Source of the DNA: Candidatus Hodarchaeota archaeon
GTDB lineage: Archaea > Asgardarchaeota > Odinarchaeia > Odinarchaeales > JBHLKK01
Reading direction: 5' to 3'
Length of the DNA: 64,000 nucleotides
Assembly (NCBI GenBank): GCA_048886745.1
Contig: JBHLKK010000002.1
Location: 9,378-73,377 of the forward strand
The notes under the pieces were generated by a model. That model worked only from the letters and a program-made list of their open reading frames with translations. It had not been told where the DNA came from and made no database searches. How positions within the stretch are numbered: the first letter of the stretch is position 1; every line of letters begins with the position of its first letter. Shown piece by piece: positions 57,532-64,000 of this stretch. Both the position numbers and the translations under genes were made by a program.

Positions 57532-58857
57532 ATGCCGGAAGTTGCCGAGCTTATTCAAAAGGAAAACGTAAAAGAAGTACTGCTACAGTTTACAGATATA
57601 TTTGGTACATTGCGATCTCTTTGGGTCTCTTCCAAACTCTTCCCAAAGATAGCAGATGATGGCATACATGTAGATGGATCATCGTTGGGGGGCGTGGTAG
57701 ATGTTGGCAAAAGCGATTTGAAGTTGTTGCCAGCTTTAGATACATTTCTAGTTTTACCTTCAAATCTTTTTCCCCAGAAAGTTGCAAGGGTTGTATGTGA
57801 TATTTACGAGCCAGAATCAAGCAAACCTTTTGAATTCGATACACGATTCATCCTCAGAAAAACATTAGATGTTGCTAAGGAGGACTTGGGTCCATCTGTT
57901 GGATTTTACACTGCGAGTGAAGTAGAATTCTTCCTGTTTGAAAGGGAGGAAGATGGAACGATCAGACTAATTGATGAGGGGAGATATTTAGATACTCCCC
58001 CTGCAGATCGAGCCGCCAATTTACGACTTGAGATTGCTGAAACTCTTAGAAATATGGATATCTCTATTGAGAAACATCATCATGAAGTTCCTCACGGAAA
58101 GAGTGAGTTCAATCTAGCTTACTCAGAAGCATTAAGGATGGCTGATACTGTCTACCTAGTTAAGTTTCTCGTGAAACTTATGGCAGCCAGAAGAGGACTA
58201 GTTGCCTCTTTTATGCCAAAACCATTTCATCACGAATATGGCGCTGGTCTGCACACTCATCTCAGCCTTATCGATGATGAAAGGAATCAAAACATTTTCT
58301 CTGATCCAGATGGACGTTATGGGCTGAGTGAAATTGCCTTGAACTTCGTGGCCGGTATCTTAACTCATGCAAAGGCGCTGGCAGGAATAACCAACCCCTC
58401 AGTTAATTCTTATAAGAGGCTCGTACCTGGCTGGGAAGCTCCAGTCTATATTTCCTGGGCTCGATATAACCGATCGGTCCTCGTAAGGATTCCTCCAGGA
58501 AAGGGGAAAGAAACCCGGCTGGAGTATAGACCTACGGATGGGTCCTGCAATTTCTATATTGCGTATGCTGCTCTTCTTTCCGCCGGATTAGATGGTATTC
58601 GAAAGAAAATCAGACCTGTGGCACCGGTGGAAGAGAACATCTACAAGATGAGTGAGTCAGAACGACTCAAAAGAGGCATTGGGGTGCTCCCAGCGAATCT
58701 AGGAGAAGGCCTAAGAGAACTCTCTAAAGACTCATATCTTCAGGGGAGCTTGGGAAATGCATTTCACAAGAAGTTTTTGGAGCTCAAAATGAAAGAATGG
58801 AGAGATTATAGCGTTACGGTCCACGAATGGGAGAGGAAAAAGTATCTGGATGTCTAG
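57532..58857 (+). CDS. Glutamine synthetase-family protein (GlnA-like, divergent ATP/ammonium-site motif)
   Basis: N-terminal beta-grasp (VKEVLLQFTDIFGTLRS). Catalytic domain with NPSVNSYKRLVPGWEAPVYISWARYNRSVLVRIPP (classic GS motif). FMPKPFHHEYGAGLHTHLSL sits where GS-I has FMPKP.FGDNGSGMHCH.SL. GGGGAG RBS before the ATG at 57532. Confidence 0.75.
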   Translation: MPEVAELIQKENVKEVLLQFTDIFGTLRSLWVSSKLFPKIADDGIHVDGSSLGGVVDVGKSDLKLLPALDTFLVLPSNLFPQKVARVVCDIYEPESSKPFEFDTRFILRKTLDVAKEDLGPSVGFYTASEVEFFLFEREEDGTIRLIDEGRYLDTPPADRAANLRLEIAETLRNMDISIEKHHHEVPHGKSEFNLAYSEALRMADTVYLVKFLVKLMAARRGLVASFMPKPFHHEYGAGLHTHLSLIDDERNQNIFSDPDGRYGLSEIALNFVAGILTHAKALAGITNPSVNSYKRLVPGWEAPVYISWARYNRSVLVRIPPGKGKETRLEYRPTDGSCNFYIAYAALLSAGLDGIRKKIRPVAPVEENIYKMSESERLKRGIGVLPANLGEGLRELSKDSYLQGSLGNAFHKKFLELKMKEWRDYSVTVHEWERKKYLDV

Positions 58858-58918
58858 TTTTGGGCTAGTTAATAGATCATATTCTCTCAAGGATGTTACC
58901 CAAATCGGAGGAAAAATC

Positions 58919-60211
58919 ATGGGAATGAAAGCCGATTTCACGATAGTTAACGCCAATGAGCTTGTAACTCTGAAAGGCTCAAGTGACAGACCCAAAGTCA
59001 AAGATGCTATGAATGACCTAGGTATTGTTCAAGGGGGGGCTATTGCGGTAAAGGAAGGACGCATAGTGGCTGTCGGATCTACAAACAAAGTACTAGGAGA
59101 TCTTGAAAAAGGCTTTGAAATCGTAGATGCCTCAGGCAAACTTGTTACACCAGGGCTTGTTGACCCACATGTCCACTTGGTATTCGCCGGTACTAGAGAG
59201 CAAGAACTCGAAGCTATGGCTGTGAAAGGTGTACCCTATTTGGAAATTAAGGCTCAGGGAGGAGGAATGCCAACATCACTTAAAAAAACTGCAGAGACAA
59301 GCTTTCAGGATCAACTCAAGATAACTACCAGAATACTCGATAAGATGCTCATTCATGGTACAACAACAATCGAGGCGAAAAGCGGCTATGAGATGACTTT
59401 TCAGGGTGAGATAAGGCAGTTAGAGGTCATTCATACCCTCAATAAAGCTCATCCAATCGATCTTATTCCAACCTTCTGTGCCCAAGGCATTCCTCCTGAA
59501 TACGAGAACAGAGTAGATGAACTTACGGATGAGATCGTGGAAAAATGGATTCCAGAAATAGCCAAAAGAAACCTTGCAGAATACGCGGATGTATTTTGTG
59601 AAAAAGGTTATTTTAACCTTGAACAAACAAAAAGAATCTTAGAAGCAGGAAGAAAACATGGCATGAAACTGAGAAATCACTGTGATTGGCTTGTTCACAG
59701 CGGTGGTGCCAGACTGGCTGCAGAGATAGGAGGAGTGGTTTCGGCAGACCATCTCATCTATACTCCGATGGAAGATGTCGATGCATTAAGAGAACAAGGC
59801 ACAATAATAGTATTTTTACCAACTTCTCCATTCTGCTATGTAGGAACATATGCCAAAGCTCGGGACATCATTGATAGGGGAGCAGCAGTTGCTTTAGCAA
59901 CCGATGTGAGTGCAGCAAACCTCTGTGAATCTATGCAGATGATGATGACGCTCGCGGTTCTTCGGATGAAGATGACGACTGCTGAAGCTCTCACCGCTGC
60001 TACCATTAACGCGGCGCACTCAATAGATCGGGGACACGATATTGGGTCACTAGAGGTAGGGAAGAGAGCGGATATTGTGATTTTTGACGCTCCAAATCAC
60101 ATGTTCTTCGCATACAATTATGGAATCAATCTCGCAGAAAAGGTGTTCAAGAATGGAAAGCTGGTCGCAGAAAGAGGAAGACGGATTAACGCTCTTCCTG
60201 GCCAAAGTTGA
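58919..60211 (+). CDS. hutI: Imidazolonepropionase
   Basis: GLVDPHVHLVFAGTRE and LIHGTTTIEAKSGYEM match the HutI signature (HGTTT.E.KSGYGL). GGAGG RBS before the ATG at 58919; the tracked ORF start at 58850 is upstream read-through. Confidence 0.85.
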   Translation: MGMKADFTIVNANELVTLKGSSDRPKVKDAMNDLGIVQGGAIAVKEGRIVAVGSTNKVLGDLEKGFEIVDASGKLVTPGLVDPHVHLVFAGTREQELEAMAVKGVPYLEIKAQGGGMPTSLKKTAETSFQDQLKITTRILDKMLIHGTTTIEAKSGYEMTFQGEIRQLEVIHTLNKAHPIDLIPTFCAQGIPPEYENRVDELTDEIVEKWIPEIAKRNLAEYADVFCEKGYFNLEQTKRILEAGRKHGMKLRNHCDWLVHSGGARLAAEIGGVVSADHLIYTPMEDVDALREQGTIIVFLPTSPFCYVGTYAKARDIIDRGAAVALATDVSAANLCESMQMMMTLAVLRMKMTTAEALTAATINAAHSIDRGHDIGSLEVGKRADIVIFDAPNHMFFAYNYGINLAEKVFKNGKLVAERGRRINALPGQS

Positions 60212-60345
60212 ATACTCATGCTGCTAGCTTTTTTTGTCTTCTTGGCTCTTCTTGCGGCAGCCACAGTAATCCCTATAACACTTGAAATCTCTCTTCTTTT
60301 GAGACGCAAATCCATAAAAACCCAAGGATAACCTTGTAGAGGCTC

Positions 60346-61057
60346 CTACAAAGGAGTCAATACTAATCGATAGCCAGCAAAGTATTCCATTCTAATCTGT
60401 TCCTTGGATATGCCAATCTCTTCAAACAACCTCTCCATTGCCTTAATCATTGCGGGCGGACCTTCGGTGTAAAAAAATCTTTCCAAATAGTCTGGAATCT
60501 CTTTCTTTACCATTTCAGATGTAATATACCCAGTTAGGCCACCCCAGTCCTTGCCAGGTTTGCTGAGAGCAAATACCACCCTAAGGTTCTTATTCTGTTT
60601 CTGCATTTCGATGAGTTCTCCTCTGAAAGTGGTGTCTTTTTCAGTCACATTACCATAAAGAATCGTGATCTTCGTATCTAGCTTCATATCGGTAGCGTAT
60701 TTACACATGCTCATGAAGGGTGTTATTCCGATACCGCCTGAAAGCATTGTTATCTTATCAAATTCACCCTCGAAAGTAAAACTGCCGTAAGGCGCATCGA
60801 TTTTGCTCCAGTCTCCAATTTCCAAGAGATCCAATGCGTTGGAGAATTCGCTTCCTGTGAGTTTCTTAGTAAATTCTATGAAGTCACTTTCGGTCGGACT
60901 GCTTGAAATACTGAAATGCTTCCTCATTTCCTCATTTAATGGTGACAAACATGAATTGCCCAGCTTTGTAGCCGAAGATTTCAGGTCTAGCAAACCTGAA
61001 GCTTTTGACATTATGTGTTCGGGATATGATATCTATTACTTCTGTTTCAAACTTCAT
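60346..61057 (-). pseudogene. FNR-like FAD/NAD(P)-binding oxidoreductase interrupted by a +1 frameshift (pseudogene or sequencing error)
   Basis: Frame A from the ATG at 61057 (GGAGG RBS) reads MKFETEVIDIISRTHNVKSFRFARPEIFGYKAGQFMFVTIK*, a typical FAD-binding N-terminus ending in TGA at about 60932. The tracked ORF 60346-61011 is in the next frame and continues ...EEMRKHFSISSSPTE...MLSGGIGITPF (RxYS and GGxGxxP motifs). Deleting one A from the AAA run (plus-strand TTT at 60935-60937) joins the frames as GQFMFVTINEEMRKHFSISSSP. Confidence 0.55.
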
Positions 61058-61121
61058 TACCTCTGCCTCCAATAATACATGTGGGGAAGGGAATCATGAA
61101 GAAATCGAGCAATCGGTAAGA

Positions 61122-62330
61122 TCAAATCTCCAGTTCTTTATGGAATGTTGACATATTCGTTATCCTATTCTTTCTGACAATCACAACATCTTCTATTCTT
61201 ACTCCAAATTCGTCGGGGAAGTATAGTCCAGGTTCAACCGTTGTAATGGCTCCCTCCGCTAAGATGTCTCTTGAAGTCAGACCCAGATAAGGCGGTTCGC
61301 CTATCGTTAACCCAACTCCATGACCCAATCCGTGAATGAACCCTTCGGTCATTGGAATCTTTTTCTCGGTATAATAGACGGGCGTCTTATATCCCTTTGC
61401 TTCAAAGAATTCACAAACCTTTAACATTGCCTCATTTGAAGGAATTCCCGATTTTATGATGTCTAAAGCCAGTTGCTGAGACTCGAGAACATCCATATGA
61501 ATTCTCTTCGCCTTTTCTGAGGCTTTTCCGATAACGAAGGTCCTTGTTGTATCGAAGCAATACCCCCCAACTTCCTGAGGGAAAATATCGAACACAATCG
61601 GAGTGTTTGTTTTTAGGACTGTGTCTTCTCCACCAGTATTGTGTGGATCTGCCCCTTCATGTCCCACTGCGAAAATCGTATCCTCCGAAGCTATTAGATT
61701 CTCTTCTGCTAGCTTCACACGTATGAACGCTTTAACATCTCCCACCGTGAGATCGTTTCCTTCTTCAGTCTTCAGTCTATTGTCTTTATCCACTTGGCGT
61801 TCCGAAAGCATACTTAGGGTAGCACCCATAACTTTCTCGGTTCTTCTTCCTACACTTCTTATTTTCTCGATTTCAATATCATCCTTTGTCATTCTTACTC
61901 TATCGATCAGTTCTTCATCGATTGAAATTGAGAATCCGCTTTTTTCCAGCCATTTCGCCCAGCTCAGGGCGACGCCTGCCTCAACTTTGCCGGCGATAGC
62001 AATATTTCCCTTTATATCGAGTTCCTTCAGAGCTCGAACCCCAACCTCCATTCTTGCCTTGCTTCTACCTAATTTTTCTGCAAGTTCTAAATAACCGAAC
62101 TCAGAGTAAGATCTGATATCCTTAACATAGCCCTGTTTTGCGGTTCCAACATCTATATCGGCAACAATGAGGGTCGGCTCTCTTCTAACGTTCTTAATGT
62201 ATATTCCTCCTCTAGCGGCTACTGCTCCAATAACATACGCCAGAGAAGGATTTTCATAAGTTGAATCCCCAATAACAACAATTGCGTCTATTCCTGCCTT
62301 GGATAATTCCCCATCAAAATCTTGAATCAT
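61122..62330 (-). CDS. M24-family Xaa-Pro aminopeptidase / prolidase
   Basis: Pita-bread fold motifs, C-terminal HGLGHGVGLTIGEPPYL and upstream metal ligands. Start at the ATG at 62330 with AGGAGG RBS; the tracked ORF start at 62378 overlaps the upstream gene. Confidence 0.8.
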   Translation of the reverse strand: MIQDFDGELSKAGIDAIVVIGDSTYENPSLAYVIGAVAARGGIYIKNVRREPTLIVADIDVGTAKQGYVKDIRSYSEFGYLELAEKLGRSKARMEVGVRALKELDIKGNIAIAGKVEAGVALSWAKWLEKSGFSISIDEELIDRVRMTKDDIEIEKIRSVGRRTEKVMGATLSMLSERQVDKDNRLKTEEGNDLTVGDVKAFIRVKLAEENLIASEDTIFAVGHEGADPHNTGGEDTVLKTNTPIVFDIFPQEVGGYCFDTTRTFVIGKASEKAKRIHMDVLESQQLALDIIKSGIPSNEAMLKVCEFFEAKGYKTPVYYTEKKIPMTEGFIHGLGHGVGLTIGEPPYLGLTSRDILAEGAITTVEPGLYFPDEFGVRIEDVVIVRKNRITNMSTFHKELEI

Positions 62331-62343
62331 TTTAACCCTCCTC

Positions 62344-63135
62344 CTACTTGCCTTTGAATTTTGGTTGTCTCTTTTCAAGAAAAGCCTTTATTCCCTCAAC
62401 GTGATCTTCCGAGGAAAATGCTGAGGCAAAAATCTCTCTCTCATACGCCAGCCCAGTGTCTAAATCCACCTCGAGGGCCCTATTAACTGCATCTTTCGTT
62501 AGACTTAGTGCGACCGGGCTTTTGCTCATCAACTTTCTACATAGTTCCTCTGCAGCCTCGTCCAGTTTCTCAGACGGGACAACCTTGTATATCAGGCCGA
62601 ACCTTTCTGCCTCCTTAGCATTGACATGATCGCCTAGCAAACACCATTCTTTGGCTTTATTTCTTCCCATCATTCTGGGGAGCCTTTGTGAACCCCCCCA
62701 TCCAGGCACGATAGCCAAATTGATCTCAGGCTGACCAAATCTTGCATTTTCCGAAGCAATAATGAAGTCACACGCCAATGCAATCTCGCATCCTCCACCA
62801 AGAGCAAAACCATTCACCAGTGCTATGACCGGCTTGCCAAGTGATTCAATGAGTTGGGTGATTTTTTGCCCAGATTTCGCGAACTCTCTGGCCATCAAAG
62901 GGCTTAGTCTGGGAAACGTCTTTATATCTGCTCCTGCAATGAAAGCCTTTTCTCCCGAACCTCTAATCATGAGGACCCTTATTTCATCATCCTTGTCAAC
63001 TTCTTCTATTGCATTTATGATTTCTTGCATGGTTTCAGGACTTAGTGCATTGTAAACTTCAGGTCTATTAATGGTTAGTCTGGCAACTCCGTTCTTTTTT
63101 TCAAGGATTATATGGTTGTATGATTTTGATGACAA
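62344..63135 (-). CDS. Enoyl-CoA hydratase/isomerase (crotonase family)
   Basis: [17 protein letters not shown]...[18 protein letters not shown] is the crotonase oxyanion-hole signature. 263 aa. Confidence 0.85.
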   Translation of the reverse strand: MSSKSYNHIILEKKNGVARLTINRPEVYNALSPETMQEIINAIEEVDKDDEIRVLMIRGSGEKAFIAGADIKTFPRLSPLMAREFAKSGQKITQLIESLGKPVIALVNGFALGGGCEIALACDFIIASENARFGQPEINLAIVPGWGGSQRLPRMMGRNKAKEWCLLGDHVNAKEAERFGLIYKVVPSEKLDEAAEELCRKLMSKSPVALSLTKDAVNRALEVDLDTGLAYEREIFASAFSSEDHVEGIKAFLEKRQPKFKGK

Positions 63136-63321
63136 AACATGTCAAACCTCCTTTTCTTCCAGGTTACATAGCCTTCTTCTCTAATATTAATTATTCTTTG
63201 GGGCGGTCATACTCTTGTCCAGTGAGACTAACCTAACTAATAAATACAACAAATGAATAAGATGAATTGCTGCAATGAAAATGTGGAGTTGATTGATTGA
63301 TCTTTCTTCTTCTAAGTTACC

Positions 63322-64000
63322 ATGGGAGGAGGTTTTCCTCAATTGCCTAGCTTGGGAGATCAAGTGAAAGAAATCAGAGCTTCCGCTATTCGTCGAACGG
63401 CTGCATGGCTGGCTTTGGCAAAGAACAAGAAATCCATCATAAGTTTCGGAGGGGGGGCACCTAGTCTTCCGCCTCCAAATGAGCTTGCTATGAAACTTAA
63501 GGAAGCTCTAAATGAGCCATGGATGGCTGTTTCCTATGGGGCGACTCGTGGTATGATGGAACTGCGCCAAGCCATACTCAAAGATCTCCATAAATATGGA
63601 AATGTGAAGCTGGAAAGCCCTGACAATATTATAGTCACAAACGGGGGGACTTTAGGTATCTTCGCATGCTTCAAGGCTCTTCTTAATCCTGACGAGGAAG
63701 TGATAATAACCGATCCAACTTATCTTGGATATCCCGAAGTCGTGAAATTAATGAATGCTAGAACAGTGACTCTACCGGTATATGTCTCAGACGGGTTCCA
63801 ACCTGATATCGAAGCTCTGAAAGAGATAATCAACAAACGTACAAAAATCTTCCTCCTTCTTTCACCAGACAATCCAACCGGAAGAGTAATCAAAAGGGAG
63901 ATTGCCAAGGCAATTGTTGATCTTGCAGTTGACCATGATTTTTGGATAGTCTGCGATGATGTTTACAAGCACATAGTCTTTGAAGGAAATCATGTCTGGG
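63322..64000 (+). CDS. Partial CDS (N-terminal 226 codons; continues past the window end): PLP-dependent aminotransferase class I/II
   Basis: Open frame from the ATG at 63322 to the window edge: ...SFGGGAPSLPPP...NIIVTNGGTLGIFACFKALLNPDEEVIITDPTYLGY...LSPDNPTGRV... (NPTG and TNGG are aspartate-aminotransferase-fold motifs). It is absent from the ORF track because no stop lies within the window. Confidence 0.65.
   Translation, partial: MGGGFPQLPSLGDQVKEIRASAIRRTAAWLALAKNKKSIISFGGGAPSLPPPNELAMKLKEALNEPWMAVSYGATRGMMELRQAILKDLHKYGNVKLESPDNIIVTNGGTLGIFACFKALLNPDEEVIITDPTYLGYPEVVKLMNARTVTLPVYVSDGFQPDIEALKEIINKRTKIFLLLSPDNPTGRVIKREIAKAIVDLAVDHDFWIVCDDVYKHIVFEGNHVW

Noticed and set aside
58850-58918. 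N-terminal 23-codon extension of hutI in the tracked ORF, which would overlap the GS-like gene stop
   Set aside because: HutI homology and a strong GGAGG RBS both start at the internal ATG at 58919. The extension (MSSFGLVNRSYSLKDVTQIGGKI) has no counterpart in imidazolonepropionases.
1-64000. CRISPR arrays, tRNA/rRNA genes, transposases/integrases
   Set aside because: I scanned the intergenic gaps (13420-13612, 21871-22353, 23200-23476, 30075-30284, 33105-33309, 42312-42506, 43704-43929, 46160-46340, 56198-56389, 63136-63321). None has regularly spaced repeats or cloverleaf-like GTTC/acceptor complementarity, and no ORF has transposase/integrase motifs. Absence is by eye only, not tRNAscan or Infernal.

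Overview
This 64 kb window reads as a gene-dense archaeal chromosome segment (about 88% coding, AT-rich, frequent GGAGG-type ribosome-binding sites, TTG/GTG starts, 4-bp overlaps between operon genes). The gene content points to an Asgard-type archaeon; this is an inference from gene content, not a database hit.

Supporting the archaeal call:
- a histone-fold protein;
- a class I lysyl-tRNA synthetase;
- a pyruvate:ferredoxin oxidoreductase operon (porGDAB);
- tetrahydromethanopterin C1 enzymes (Mch, Ftr, Fae-Hps).

Pointing specifically to Asgard, the window also carries eukaryotic-signature proteins:
- three small GTPases: a Rab-like protein, a longin/roadblock-like domain fused to an Arf-like GTPase, and a Rab-like GTPase fused to a divergent M20 peptidase-like domain;
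- a gelsolin-domain protein with a polyproline linker;
- a stand-alone roadblock/LC7 protein;
- a multi-zinc-ribbon protein with dynactin p62-like cysteine spacing;
- two pairs of paralogous zinc-ribbon (plus winged-helix) proteins of unknown function.

Metabolic content:
- Two paralogous group-4 [NiFe]-hydrogenase / complex-I-like modules sit side by side (2029-8611 and 9411-13419). The second is a minimal NuoA-B-CD-H-I set whose large subunit keeps all four Ni-binding cysteines.
- nadX-nadA-nadC (NAD synthesis) and TldD/TldE.
- LeuRS and class I LysRS.
- A histidine-utilisation cluster (hutU, hutH, hutI) that lacks hutG/ftcD and instead has an Ftr-family formyltransferase and a divergent glutamine-synthetase-family gene embedded in it.
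- An FNR-like oxidoreductase gene interrupted by a single-base frameshift.

I found no rRNA, tRNA, CRISPR array or transposase.
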